From assembly GCA_964016885.1 (NCBI GenBank), contig OZ024744.1:127968001-128032000 (forward strand): a stretch of DNA of 64,000 bases, in the 5' to 3' direction. This document shows, one piece after another, positions 34,101 to 47,800 of the stretch. Position numbers and translations under genes: made by a program. How positions within the stretch are numbered: position 1 is the stretch's first letter; each line of letters opens with the position of its first letter. The notes under the pieces are model-generated. The model did no database searches and was not told the DNA's origin. It saw only the letters and a list, made by a program, of their open reading frames with translations. This DNA comes from Eledone cirrhosa (taxonomy: Eukaryota).

Positions 34101-37100
34101 GTTAAGTTGGGGTTAAGTTAAGTTGGGGTTAAGTTAAGTTGGGGTTAAGTTAAGTTAGGGTTAATTTCAGTTGGGGTTATGTTAAGTTGGGGTTAAGTTA
34201 AGTTGGGGTTAAGTTAAAGTTGGGGTTAAGTTAAGTTGGGGTAAAGTTAAGTTAGGGTTAAGTTGAGTTGGGGTTAAGTTAAGTTGGGGTTAAATTAAGT
34301 TGGGGTTAAGTTAAGTTGGGGTTAAGTTAAGTTGGGGTTAAATTAAGTTGGGGTTCAGTTAAGTTGGGGTTAAATTAAGTTGGGGTTAAGTTAAGTTGGG
34401 GTTAGTTAAGTTGGGGTTAAGTTAAGTTGGGGTTAAGTTAAGTTGGGGTTAAGTTAAGTTGGGGTTAAGTTAAGTTGGCGTTAAGTTAAGTTGGGGTTAA
34501 GTTAAGTTGGGGTTAAATTAAGTTGGGGTTAAGTTAAGTTGGGGTTAATTTAAGTTGGGGTTAAGTTAAGTTGGGGTTAAGTTAAGTTAGAGTTAAGTCA
34601 AGTTGGGGTTAAGTCAAGTTGCGGTTAAGTCAAGTTGGGGTTAAGTCAAGTTGGGGTTAAGTTAAGTTGGGGTTAAGTTAAGTTGGGGTTAACTTAAGTT
34701 GGGGTTAAGTTGGGGTTAAGTTAAGTTGGGGTTAAATTAAGTTGGGGGTTAGTTAAGTTGGGGCAAGTTAAGTTGGGGTTAATTTAAGTTGGGGTTAAGT
34801 TAAGTTGGGGTTATGTTAAGTTGGGGTTAAGTTAAGTTGGGGTTAAGTTAAGTTGGGGGTAAGTTAAGTTGGGGTTAAGTTAAGTTGGGGGTAAGTTAAG
34901 TTGAGGGTAAGTTAAGTTGGGGTTAAGTTAAGTTGGGGTTAAATTAAGTTGAGGTTAAGTTAAGTTGGGGTTAAGTTAAGTTGGGGGTAAGATAAGTTGG
35001 GGGTAAGATAAGTTGGGGCTAAGTTAAGTTGGGGCTAAGTCAAGTTGGGGTTAATTCAAGTTGAGGTTAACTTAAGTTGGGGTTAAGTTAAGTTGGGGTT
35101 AAGTTAAGTTGGGGTTAAGGTAAGTTGGGGTTATATTAAGTTGGGGCTATGTTAAGTTGGGGCTAAGTTAAGTTGGGACTGAGTTAAGTTGGGGTTAAGT
35201 TAAGTTGGGGTTGTGTTAAGTTGGGTTAAGTTAAGTTGGGATTAAGTTAAGTTGGGGTTAAGTTAAGTTCGGCTTGAGTTAAGTTGGGGTTAAGTTAAGT
35301 TGGGGTTAATTTAAGTTGGGGTTAAGTTAAGTTGGGGTTAAGATAAGTTGGGGTTAAGTTAAGTTGGGGTTAAGTTAAGTTGGGGTTGAGTTAATTTGGG
35401 GTTAAGTTAAGTTGGGGTTAACTTAAGTTGGGGTTAAGTTGGGGTTGAGTTAAGTTGGGGGTAGGTTAAGTTGGGGGCAAGTTTAGTTGGGGTTAAGTTA
35501 AGTTGGGGTTACGTTAAGTTGGGCGTAAGTTAAGTCGGGGTTAAGTTAAGTTTGGGTTAAGTTAAGTTGGGTTTAAGTTAAGTTGGGGCTAAGTTAAGTT
35601 GGAGCTAAGTTAAGTTGGGGCTGAGTTAAGTTGGGGGTAAGTTAAGTTGGGGTTAAGTTAAGTTGGGGTTCAGTTCAGTTGGGGTTAAGTTAAGCTGGGG
35701 TTAAGTTAAGTTGGGGTTAAGTTAAGTTGGGGTTAAGTTAAGTTGGGGTTAAGTTAAGTTGGGGTTGAGTTAAGTTGGGGTTGAGTTAAGTTGGGGTTAA
35801 GTTAAGTTGGGGTTAAGTTAAGTTGGGGTTAAGTTAAGTTGGGGTTAAGTTAAGTTGGGGGTAAGTTAAGTTGGGGTTAAGTTAAGTTAGGGTTAATTTC
35901 AGTTGGGGTTATGTTAAGTTGGGGTTAAGTTAAGTTGGGGTTAAGTTAAAGTTGGGGTTAAGTTAAGTTGGGGTAAAGTTAAGTTAGGGTTAAGTTAAGT
36001 TGGGGTTAAGTTAAGTTGGGGTTAAATTAAGTTGGGGTTAAGTTAAGTTGGGGTTAAGTTAAGTTGGGGTTAAGTTAAGTTGGGGGTAAGTTAAGTTGGG
36101 GTTAAGTTAAGTTAGGGTTAATTTCAGTTGGGGTTATGTTAAGTTGGGGTTAAGTTAAGTTGGGGTTAAGTTAAAGTTGGGGTTAAGTTAAGTTGGGGTA
36201 AAGTTAAGTTAGGGTTAAGTTAAGTTGGGGTTAAGTTAAGTTGGGGTTAAATTAAGTTGGGGTTAAGTTAAGTTGGGGTTAAGTTAAGTTGGGGTTAAAT
36301 TAAGTTGGGGTTCAGTTAAGTTGGGGTTAAATTAAGTTGGGGTTAAGTTAAGTTGGGGTTAGCTAAGTTGGGGTTAAGTTAAGTTGGGGTTAAGTTAAGT
36401 TGGGGTTAAGTTAAGCTGGGGTTAAATTAAGTTGGGGTTAAGTTAAGTTGGGGTTAAGTTAAGTTGGGGTTAAGTTAAGTTAGGGTTAATTTCAGTTGGG
36501 GTTATGTTAAGTTGGGGTTAAGTTAAGTTGGGGTTAAGTTAAAGTTGGGGTTAAGTTAAGTTGGCGTAAAGTTAAGTTAGGGTTAAGTTAAGTTGGGGTT
36601 AAGTTAAGTTGGGGTTAAATTAAGTTGGGGTTAAGTTAAGTTGGGGTTAAGTTAAGTTGGGGTTAAATTAAGTTGGGGTTCAGTTAAGTTGGGGTTAAAT
36701 TAAGTTGGGGTTAAGTTAAGTTGGGGTTAGTTAAGTTGGGGTTAAGTTAAGTTGGCGTTAAGTTAAGTTGGGGTTAAGTTAAGTTGGCGTTAAGTTAAGT
36801 TGGGGTTAAGTTAAGTTGGGGTTAAGTTAAGTTGGGGTTAAGTTAAGTTGGGGTTAATTTAAGTTGGGGTTAAGTTAAGTTGGGGTTAAGTTAAGTTGGG
36901 GTTAAGTTAAGTTGGGGTTGAGTTGGGGTTAAGTTAAGTTGGGGGTAGGTTAAGTTGGGGGCAAGTTTAGTTGGGGTTAAGTTAAGTTGGGGTTGAGTTA
37001 ATTTGGGGTTAAGTTAAGTTGGGGTTAACTTAAGTTGGGGTTAAGTTGGGGTTAAGTTAAGTTGGGGGTAGGTTAAGTTGGGGGCAAGTTTAGTTGGGGT

Positions 37101-40100
37101 TAAGTTAAGTTGGGGTTACGTTAAGTTGGGCGTAAGTTAAGTCGGGGTTAAGTTAAGTTGGGGTTAAGTTAAGTTGGGTTTAAGTTAAGTTGGTGCTAAG
37201 TTAAGTTGGAGCTAAGTTAAGTTGGGGCTGAGTTAAGTTGGGGGTAAGTTAAGTTGGGGTTAAGTTAAGTTGGGGTTCAGTTAAGTTGGGGTTAAGTTAA
37301 GTTGGGGTTAAGTTAAGCTGGGGTTAAGTTAAGTTGGGGTTAAGTTAAGTTGGGGTTAAGTTAAGTTGGGGTTAAGTTAAGTTGGGGTTGAGTTAAGTTG
37401 GGGTTGAGTTAAGTTGGGGTTAAGTTAAGTTGGGGTTAAGTTAAGTTGGGGTTAAGTTAAGTTGGGGTTAAGTTAAGTTGGGGTTAAGTTAAGTTGGGGT
37501 TAAGTTAAGTTGGGGGTAAGTTAAGTTGGGGGCAAGTTAAGTTGGGGTTAAGTTAAGTTGGGGTTAAGTTAAGTTGGGGTTAAGTTAAGTTAGGGTTAAT
37601 TTCAGTTGGGGTTATGTTAAGTTGGGGTTAAGTTAAGTTGGGGTTAAGTTAAAGTTGGGGTTAAGTTAAGTTGGGGTAAAGTTAAGTTAGGGTTAAGTTA
37701 AGTTGGGGTTAAGTTAAGTTGGGGTTAAATTAAGTTGGGGTTAAGTTAAGTTGGGGTTAAGTTAAGCTGGGGTTAAATTAAGTTGGGGTTCAGTTAAGTT
37801 GGGGTTAAATTAAGTTGGGGTTAAGTTAAGTTGGGGTTAGTTAAGTTGGGGTTAAGTTAAGTTGGGGTTAAGTTAAGTTGGGGTTAAGTTAAGTTGGGGT
37901 TAAATTAAGTTGGGGTTAAGTTAAGTTGGGGTTAAGTTAAGTTGGGGTTAAGTTAAGTTAGGGTTAATTTCAGTTGGGGTTATGTTAAGTTGGGGTTAAG
38001 TTAAGTTGGGGTTAAGTTAAGTTGGCGTAAAGTTAAGTTAGGGTTAAGTTAAGTTGGGGTTAAGTTAAGTTGGGGTTAAATTAAGTTGGGGTTAAGTTAA
38101 GTTGGGGTTAAGTTAAGTTAGGGTTAAATTAAGTTGGGGTTCAGTTAAGTTGGGGTTAAATTAAGTTGGGGTTAAGTTAAGTTGGGGTTAGTTAAGTTGG
38201 GGTTAAGTTAAGTTGGCGTTAAGTTAAGTTGGGGTTAAGTTAAGTTGGCGTTAAGTTAAGTTGGGGTTAAGTTAAGTTGGGGTTAAGTTAAGTTGGGGTT
38301 AAGTTAAGTTGGGGTTAATTTAAGTTGGGGTTAAGTTAAGTTGGGGTTAAGTTAAGTTGGAGTTAAGTCAAGTTGGTGTTAAGTCAAGTTGGGGTTAAGT
38401 CAAGTTGGGGTTAATTCAAGTTGGGGTTAAGTTAAGTTGGGGTTAAGTTAAGTTGGGGTTAAGTTAAGTTGGGGGTAAGTTAAGTTGGGTGTAAGTTAAG
38501 TTGGGGTTAAGTTAAGTTGGGGTTCAGTTCAGTTGGGGTTAAGTTAAGTTGGGGTTAAGTTAAGCTGGGGGTAATTTAAGTTGGGGTTAAGTTAAGTTGG
38601 GGTTAAGTTAAGTTGGGGTTAAGTTAAGTTGGGGTTCAGTTAAGTTGGGGTTAAGTTAATTTGGGGCTGAGTTAAGTTGGGGTTAAGTTAAGTTCGGGTT
38701 GAGTTAAGTTGGGGTTAAGTTAAGTTGGGGTTAAGTTAAGTTGGGGTTAAGTTAAGTTGGGGTTAAGATAAGTTGGGGTTAAGTTAAGTTGGGGTTAATT
38801 TAAGTTGGGGTTGAGTTAATTTGGGTTTAAGTTAAGTTAGCCTTAACTTAAGTTGGGGTTAAGTTAAGTTGGGGTTAAGTTAAGTTGGGGGTAAGTTAAG
38901 TTGGGGGCAAGTTAAGTTGGGGTTAATTTAAGTTGGGGTTAAGTTAAGTTGGGGTTAAGTTAAGTTGGGGGTAACTTAAGTTGGGGTTAAGTTAAGTTGA
39001 GGGTAAGTTAAGTTGAGGTTAAGTTAAGTTGGGGTTAAGTTAAGTTGGGGGTAAGTTAAGTTGGGGGTAAGTTAAGTTGGGGTTAAGTTAAGTTGGGGTT
39101 GAATTAAGTTGAGGCTAAGTTAATTTGGGGTTAAGTTAAGTTAGGGTTAATTTCAGTTGGGGTTAAGTTAAGTTGGGGTTAAGTTAAGTTAGGGTTAATT
39201 TAAGTTGGGGTTATGTTAAGTTGGGGTTAAGTTAAGTTGGGGTTAAGTTAAGTTGGTGTTAAGTAAAGTTGGGGTTAAGTTAAGTTGTGGGTTAAGTTAA
39301 GTTGGGGTTAAGTTAAGTTGGGGTTAAGTTAAGTTGGTGTTAAGTAAAGTTGGGCTTAAGTTAAGTTGGGTTTGAGTTAAGTTGGGGCTAAGTTAAGTTA
39401 GGGCTAAGTTAAGTTGGGGTTAAGTTAAGTTGGGGCTAGGTTAAGTTGGGTCTAAGTTAAGTTGGGGTTAAGTTAAGTTGGGGTTAAATTAAGTTGGGGT
39501 TAAATTAAGTTGGGGTTAAGTTAAGTTGGGGTTAAGCTAAGTTGGGGTTAAGTTAATTTGCGGTTAAGTTAGGTTGTGGGTTAAGTTAAGTTGGGGGTAA
39601 GTTAAGTTGGGGGTAAGTTAAGTTGGGGTTAATTTAAGTTGGGGTTAAGTTAAGTTGGGGTTAAGTTAAGTTGGGGTTAAGTTAAGTTGGGGTTAAGTTA
39701 AGTTGGCGTTAATTTAACTTGGGGTAAAGTTAAGTTGGGGTTAAGTTAAGTTGGGGTTAAGTTAAGTTGGGGTTAAGTCAAGTTGGGGTTAAGTCAAGTT
39801 GGGGTTAAGTTAAGTTGGGGTTAAGTTAAGTTGGGGGTAAGTTAAGTTGGGTGTAACTTAAGTTGGGGTTAAGGTAAAATGTGGTTAAGTTCAGTTGGGG
39901 TTAAGTTAAGTTGGGGTTAAGTTAAGTTGGGGGTAAGTTAAGTTGGGGGCAAGTTAAGTTGGGGTTAAGTTAAGTTGGGGTTAAGTTAAGTTGGGGTTAA
40001 GTTAAGTTGGGGTTAAGTTAAGTTAGGATTAATTTCAGTTGGGGTTATGTTAAGTTGGGGTTAAGTTAAGTTGGGGTTAAGTTAAAGTTGGGGTTAAGTT

Positions 40101-41860
40101 AAGTTGGGGTAAAGTTAAGTTAGGGTTAAGTTGAGTTGGGGTTAAGTTAAGTTGGGGTTAAATTAAGTTGGGGTTAAGTTAAGTTGGGGTTAAGTTAAGT
40201 TGGGGTTAAATTAAGTTGGGGTTAAGTTAAGTTGGGGTTAGTTAAGTTGGGGTTAAGTTAAGTTGGGGTTAAGTTAAGTTGGGGTTAAGTTAAGTTGGCG
40301 TTAAGTTAAGTTGGCGTTAAGTTAAGTTGGGGTTAAGTTAAGTTGGGGTTAAATTAAGTTGGGGTTAAGTTAAGTTGGGGTTAATTTAAGTTGGGGTTAA
40401 GTTAAGTTGGGGTTAAGTTAAGTTAGAGTTAAGTCAAGTTGGGGTTAAGTCAAGTTGCGGTTAAGTCAAGTTGGGGTTAAGTCAAGTTGGGGTTAAGTTA
40501 AGTTGGGGTTAAGTTAAGTTGGGGTTAACTTAAGTTGGGGTTAAGTTGGGGTTAAGTTAAGTTGGGGTTAAATTAAGTTGGGGGTTAGTTAAGTTGGGGC
40601 AAGTTAAGTTGGGGTTAATTTAAGTTGGGGTTAAGTTAAGTTGGGGTTATGTTAAGTTGGGGTTAAGTTAAGTTGGGGTTAAGTTAAGTTGGGGGTAAGT
40701 TAAGTTGGGGTTAAGTTAAGTTGGGGGTAAGTTAAGTTGAGGGTAAGTTAAGTTGGGGTTAAGTTAAGTTGGGGTTAAATTAAGTTGAGGTTAAGTTAAG
40801 TTGGGGTTAAGTTAAGTTGGGGGTAAGATAAGTTGGGGGTAAGATAAGTTGGGGCTAAGTTAAGTTGGGGCTAAGTCAAGTTGGGGTTAATTCAAGTTGA
40901 GGTTAACTTAAGTTGGGGTTAAGTTAAGTTGGGGTTAAGTTAAGTTGGGGTTAAGGTAAGTTGGGGTTATATTAAGTTGGGGCTATGTTAAGTTGGGGCT
41001 AAGTTAAGTTGGGGCTGAGTTAAGTTGGGGTTAAGTTAAGTTGGGGTTGTGTTAAGTTGGGGTTAAGTTAAGTTGGGATTAAGTTAAGTTGGGGTTAAGT
41101 TAAGTTCGGCTTGAGTTAAGTTGGGGTTAAGTTAAGTTGGGGTTAATTTAAGTTGGGGTTAAGTTAAGTTGGGGTTAAGATAAGTTGGGGTTAAGTTAAG
41201 TTGGGGTTAAGTTAAGTTGGGGTTGAGTTAATTTGGGGTTAAGTTAAGTTGGGGTTAACTTAAGTTGGGGTTAAGTTGGGGTTGAGTTAAGTTGGGGGTA
41301 GGTTAAGTTGGGGGCAAGTTTAGTTGGGGTTAAGTTAAGTTGGGGTTACGTTAAGTTGGGCGTAAGTTAAGTCGGGGTTAAGTTAAGTTTGGGTTAAGTT
41401 AAGTTGGGTTTAAGTTAAGTTGGGGCTAAGTTAAGTTGGAGCTAAGTTAAGTTGGGGCTGAGTTAAGTTGGGGGTAAGTTAAGTTGGGGTTAAGTTAAGT
41501 TGGGGTTCAGTTCAGTTGGGGTTAAGTTAAGCTGGGGTTAAGTTAAGTTGGGGTTAAGTTAAGTTGGGGTTAAGTTAAGTTGGGGTTAAGTTAAGTTGGG
41601 GTTGAGTTAAGTTGGGGTTGAGTTAAGTTGGGGTTAAGTTAAGTTGGGGTTAAGTTAAGTTGGGGTTAAGTTAAGTTGGGGTTAAGTTAAGTTGGGGGTA
41701 AGTTAAGTTGGGGTTAAGTTAAGTTAGGGTTAATTTCAGTTGGGGTTATGTTAAGTTGGGGTTAAGTTAAGTTGGGGTTAAGTTAAAGTTGGGGTTAAGT
41801 TAAGTTGGGGTAAAGTTAAGTTAGGGTTAAGTTAAGTTGGGGTTAAGTTAAGTTGGGGTT
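31120..41860 (+). repeat. ~5.85-5.87-kb tandem duplication (second copy from ~36980, interrupted by the later 8.48-kb duplication)
   Basis: GGTGCTAAG at 31340/37192; AGCCTTAAC at 32971/38839 (5868); GGGTCTAAG at 33580/39448 (5868); AAAATGTGG at 34008/39876 (5868). Confidence 0.85.
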
Positions 41861-44800
41861 AAGTTAAGTTGGTGTTAAGTAAAGTTGGGGTTAAGTTAAG
41901 TTGTGGGTTAAGTTAAGTTGGGGTTAAGTTAAGTTGGGGTTAAGTTAAGTTGGTGTTAAGTAAAGTTGGGCTTAAGTTAAGTTGGGTTTGAGTTAAGTTG
42001 GGGCTAAGTTAAGTTAGGGCTAAGTTAAGTTGGGGTTAAGTTAAGTTGGGGCTAGGTTAAGTTGGGTCTAAGTTAAGTTGGGGTTAAGTTAAGTTGGGGT
42101 TAAATTAAGTTGGGGTTAAATTAAGTTGGGGTTAAGTTAAGTTGGGGTTAAGCTAAGTTGGGGTTAAGTTAATTTGCGGTTAAGTTAGGTTGTGGGTTAA
42201 GTTAAGTTGGGGGTAAGTTAAGTTGGGGGTAAGTTAAGTTGGGGTTAATTTAAGTTGGGGTTAAGTTAAGTTGGGGTTAAGTTAAGTTGGGGTTAAGTTA
42301 AGTTGGGGTTAAGTTAAGTTGGCGTTAATTTAACTTGGGGTAAAGTTAAGTTGGGGTTAAGTTAAGTTGGGGTTAAGTTAAGTTGGGGTTAAGTCAAGTT
42401 GGGGTTAAGTCAAGTTGGGGTTAAGTTAAGTTGGGGTTAAGTTAAGTTGGGGGTAAGTTAAGTTGGGTGTAACTTAAGTTGGGGTTAAGGTAAAATGTGG
42501 TTAAGTTCAGTTGGGGTTAAGTTAAGTTGGGGTTAAGTTAAGTTGGGGGTAAGTTAAGTTGGGGGCAAGTTAAGTTGGGGTTAAGTTAAGTTGGGGTTAA
42601 GTTAAGTTGGGGTTAAGTTAAGTTGGGGTTAAGTTAAGTTAGGGTTAATTTCAGTTGGGGTTATGTTAAGTTGGGGTTAAGTTAAGTTGGGGTTAAGTTA
42701 AAGTTGGGGTTAAGTTAAGTTGGGGTAAAGTTAAGTTAGGGTTAAGTTGAGTTGGGGTTAAGTTAAGTTGGGGTTAAATTAAGTTGGGGTTAAGTTAAGT
42801 TGGGGTTAAGTTAAGTTGGGGTTAAATTAAGTTGGGGTTCAGTTAAGTTGGGGTTAAATTAAGTTGGGGTTAAGTTAAGTTGGGGTTAGTTAAGTTGGGG
42901 TTAAGTTAAGTTGGGGTTAAGTTAAGTTGGGGTTAAGTTAAGTTGGGGTTAAGTTAAGTTGGCGTTAAGTTAAGTTGGGGTTAAGTTAAGTTGGGGTTAA
43001 ATTAAGTTGGGGTTAAGTTAAGTTGGGGTTAATTTAAGTTGGGGTTAAGTTAAGTTGGGGTTAAGTTAAGTTAGAGTTAAGTCAAGTTGGGGTTAAGTCA
43101 AGTTGCGGTTAAGTCAAGTTGGGGTTAAGTCAAGTTGGGGTTAAGTTAAGTTGGGGTTAAGTTAAGTTGGGGTTAACTTAAGTTGGGGTTAAGTTGGGGT
43201 TAAGTTAAGTTGGGGTTAAATTAAGTTGGGGGTTAGTTAAGTTGGGGCAAGTTAAGTTGGGGTTAATTTAAGTTGGGGTTAAGTTAAGTTGGGGTTATGT
43301 TAAGTTGGGGTTAAGTTAAGTTGGGGTTAAGTTAAGTTGGGGGTAAGTTAAGTTGGGGTTAAGTTAAGTTGGGGGTAAGTTAAGTTGAGGGTAAGTTAAG
43401 TTGGGGTTAAGTTAAGTTGGGGTTAAATTAAGTTGAGGTTAAGTTAAGTTGGGGTTAAGTTAAGTTGGGGGTAAGATAAGTTGGGGGTAAGATAAGTTGG
43501 GGCTAAGTTAAGTTGGGGCTAAGTCAAGTTGGGGTTAATTCAAGTTGAGGTTAACTTAAGTTGGGGTTAAGTTAAGTTGGGGTTAAGTTAAGTTGGGGTT
43601 AAGGTAAGTTGGGGTTATATTAAGTTGGGGCTATGTTAAGTTGGGGCTAAGTTAAGTTGGGACTGAGTTAAGTTGGGGTTAAGTTAAGTTGGGGTTGTGT
43701 TAAGTTGGGTTAAGTTAAGTTGGGATTAAGTTAAGTTGGGGTTAAGTTAAGTTCGGCTTGAGTTAAGTTGGGGTTAAGTTAAGTTGGGGTTAATTTAAGT
43801 TGGGGTTAAGTTAAGTTGGGGTTAAGATAAGTTGGGGTTAAGTTAAGTTGGGGTTAAGTTAAGTTGGGGTTGAGTTAATTTGGGGTTAAGTTAAGTTGGG
43901 GTTAACTTAAGTTGGGGTTAAGTTGGGGTTGAGTTAAGTTGGGGGTAGGTTAAGTTGGGGGCAAGTTTAGTTGGGGTTAAGTTAAGTTGGGGTTACGTTA
44001 AGTTGGGCGTAAGTTAAGTCGGGGTTAAGTTAAGTTTGGGTTAAGTTAAGTTGGGTTTAAGTTAAGTTGGGGCTAAGTTAAGTTGGAGCTAAGTTAAGTT
44101 GGGGCTGAGTTAAGTTGGGGGTAAGTTAAGTTGGGGTTAAGTTAAGTTGGGGTTCAGTTCAGTTGGGGTTAAGTTAAGCTGGGGTTAAGTTAAGTTGGGG
44201 TTAAGTTAAGTTGGGGTTAAGTTAAGTTGGGGTTAAGTTAAGTTGGGGTTGAGTTAAGTTGGGGTTGAGTTAAGTTGGGGTTAAGTTAAGTTGGGGTTAA
44301 GTTAAGTTGGGGTTAAGTTAAGTTGGGGTTAAGTTAAGTTGGGGGTAAGTTAAGTTGGGGTTAAGTTAAGTTAGGGTTAATTTCAGTTGGGGTTATGTTA
44401 AGTTGGGGTTAAGTTAAGTTGGGGTTAAGTTAAAGTTGGGGTTAAGTTAAGTTGGGGTAAAGTTAAGTTAGGGTTAAGTTAAGTTGGGGTTAAGTTAAGT
44501 TGGGGTTAAATTAAGTTGGGGTTAAGTTAAGTTGGGGTTAAGTTAAGTTGGGGTTAAGTTAAGTTGGGGGTAAGTTAAGTTGGGGTTAAGTTAAGTTAGG
44601 GTTAATTTCAGTTGGGGTTATGTTAAGTTGGGGTTAAGTTAAGTTGGGGTTAAGTTAAAGTTGGGGTTAAGTTAAGTTGGGGTAAAGTTAAGTTAGGGTT
44701 AAGTTAAGTTGGGGTTAAGTTAAGTTGGGGTTAAATTAAGTTGGGGTTAAGTTAAGTTGGGGTTAAGTTAAGTTGGGGTTAAATTAAGTTGGGGTTCAGT

Positions 44801-47800
44801 TAAGTTGGGGTTAAATTAAGTTGGGGTTAAGTTAAGTTGGGGTTAGCTAAGTTGGGGTTAAGTTAAGTTGGGGTTAAGTTAAGTTGGGGTTAAGTTAAGC
44901 TGGGGTTAAATTAAGTTGGGGTTAAGTTAAGTTGGGGTTAAGTTAAGTTGGGGTTAAGTTAAGTTAGGGTTAATTTCAGTTGGGGTTATGTTAAGTTGGG
45001 GTTAAGTTAAGTTGGGGTTAAGTTAAAGTTGGGGTTAAGTTAAGTTGGCGTAAAGTTAAGTTAGGGTTAAGTTAAGTTGGGGTTAAGTTAAGTTGGGGTT
45101 AAATTAAGTTGGGGTTAAGTTAAGTTGGGGTTAAGTTAAGTTGGGGTTAAATTAAGTTGGGGTTCAGTTAAGTTGGGGTTAAATTAAGTTGGGGTTAAGT
45201 TAAGTTGGGGTTAGTTAAGTTGGGGTTAAGTTAAGTTGGCGTTAAGTTAAGTTGGGGTTAAGTTAAGTTGGCGTTAAGTTAAGTTGGGGTTAAGTTAAGT
45301 TGGGGTTAAGTTAAGTTGGGGTTAAGTTAAGTTGGGGTTAATTTAAGTTGGGGTTAAGTTAAGTTGGGGTTAAGTTAAGTTGGGGTTAAGTTAAGTTGGG
45401 GTTGAGTTGGGGTTAAGTTAAGTTGGGGGTAGGTTAAGTTGGGGGCAAGTTTAGTTGGGGTTAAGTTAAGTTGGGGTTGAGTTAATTTGGGGTTAAGTTA
45501 AGTTGGGGTTAACTTAAGTTGGGGTTAAGTTGGGGTTAAGTTAAGTTGGGGGTAGGTTAAGTTGGGGGCAAGTTTAGTTGGGGTTAAGTTAAGTTGGGGT
45601 TACGTTAAGTTGGGCGTAAGTTAAGTCGGGGTTAAGTTAAGTTGGGGTTAAGTTAAGTTGGGTTTAAGTTAAGTTGGTGCTAAGTTAAGTTGGAGCTAAG
45701 TTAAGTTGGGGCTGAGTTAAGTTGGGGGTAAGTTAAGTTGGGGTTAAGTTAAGTTGGGGTTCAGTTAAGTTGGGGTTAAGTTAAGTTGGGGTTAAGTTAA
45801 GCTGGGGTTAAGTTAAGTTGGGGTTAAGTTAAGTTGGGGTTAAGTTAAGTTGGGGTTAAGTTAAGTTGGGGTTGAGTTAAGTTGGGGTTGAGTTAAGTTG
45901 GGGTTAAGTTAAGTTGGGGTTAAGTTAAGTTGGGGTTAAGTTAAGTTGGGGTTAAGTTAAGTTGGGGTTAAGTTAAGTTGGGGTTAAGTTAAGTTGGGGG
46001 TAAGTTAAGTTGGGGGCAAGTTAAGTTGGGGTTAAGTTAAGTTGGGGTTAAGTTAAGTTGGGGTTAAGTTAAGTTAGGGTTAATTTCAGTTGGGGTTATG
46101 TTAAGTTGGGGTTAAGTTAAGTTGGGGTTAAGTTAAAGTTGGGGTTAAGTTAAGTTGGGGTAAAGTTAAGTTAGGGTTAAGTTAAGTTGGGGTTAAGTTA
46201 AGTTGGGGTTAAATTAAGTTGGGGTTAAGTTAAGTTGGGGTTAAGTTAAGCTGGGGTTAAATTAAGTTGGGGTTCAGTTAAGTTGGGGTTAAATTAAGTT
46301 GGGGTTAAGTTAAGTTGGGGTTAGTTAAGTTGGGGTTAAGTTAAGTTGGGGTTAAGTTAAGTTGGGGTTAAGTTAAGTTGGGGTTAAATTAAGTTGGGGT
46401 TAAGTTAAGTTGGGGTTAAGTTAAGTTGGGGTTAAGTTAAGTTAGGGTTAATTTCAGTTGGGGTTATGTTAAGTTGGGGTTAAGTTAAGTTGGGGTTAAG
46501 TTAAGTTGGCGTAAAGTTAAGTTAGGGTTAAGTTAAGTTGGGGTTAAGTTAAGTTGGGGTTAAATTAAGTTGGGGTTAAGTTAAGTTGGGGTTAAGTTAA
46601 GTTAGGGTTAAATTAAGTTGGGGTTCAGTTAAGTTGGGGTTAAATTAAGTTGGGGTTAAGTTAAGTTGGGGTTAGTTAAGTTGGGGTTAAGTTAAGTTGG
46701 CGTTAAGTTAAGTTGGGGTTAAGTTAAGTTGGCGTTAAGTTAAGTTGGGGTTAAGTTAAGTTGGGGTTAAGTTAAGTTGGGGTTAAGTTAAGTTGGGGTT
46801 AATTTAAGTTGGGGTTAAGTTAAGTTGGGGTTAAGTTAAGTTGGAGTTAAGTCAAGTTGGTGTTAAGTCAAGTTGGGGTTAAGTCAAGTTGGGGTTAATT
46901 CAAGTTGGGGTTAAGTTAAGTTGGGGTTAAGTTAAGTTGGGGTTAAGTTAAGTTGGGGGTAAGTTAAGTTGGGTGTAAGTTAAGTTGGGGTTAAGTTAAG
47001 TTGGGGTTCAGTTCAGTTGGGGTTAAGTTAAGTTGGGGTTAAGTTAAGCTGGGGGTAATTTAAGTTGGGGTTAAGTTAAGTTGGGGTTAAGTTAAGTTGG
47101 GGTTAAGTTAAGTTGGGGTTCAGTTAAGTTGGGGTTAAGTTAATTTGGGGCTGAGTTAAGTTGGGGTTAAGTTAAGTTCGGGTTGAGTTAAGTTGGGGTT
47201 AAGTTAAGTTGGGGTTAAGTTAAGTTGGGGTTAAGTTAAGTTGGGGTTAAGATAAGTTGGGGTTAAGTTAAGTTGGGGTTAATTTAAGTTGGGGTTGAGT
47301 TAATTTGGGTTTAAGTTAAGTTAGCCTTAACTTAAGTTGGGGTTAAGTTAAGTTGGGGTTAAGTTAAGTTGGGGGTAAGTTAAGTTGGGGGCAAGTTAAG
47401 TTGGGGTTAATTTAAGTTGGGGTTAAGTTAAGTTGGGGTTAAGTTAAGTTGGGGGTAACTTAAGTTGGGGTTAAGTTAAGTTGAGGGTAAGTTAAGTTGA
47501 GGTTAAGTTAAGTTGGGGTTAAGTTAAGTTGGGGGTAAGTTAAGTTGGGGGTAAGTTAAGTTGGGGTTAAGTTAAGTTGGGGTTGAATTAAGTTGAGGCT
47601 AAGTTAATTTGGGGTTAAGTTAAGTTAGGGTTAATTTCAGTTGGGGTTAAGTTAAGTTGGGGTTAAGTTAAGTTAGGGTTAATTTAAGTTGGGGTTATGT
47701 TAAGTTGGGGTTAAGTTAAGTTGGGGTTAAGTTAAGTTGGTGTTAAGTAAAGTTGGGGTTAAGTTAAGTTGTGGGTTAAGTTAAGTTGGGGTTAAGTTAA

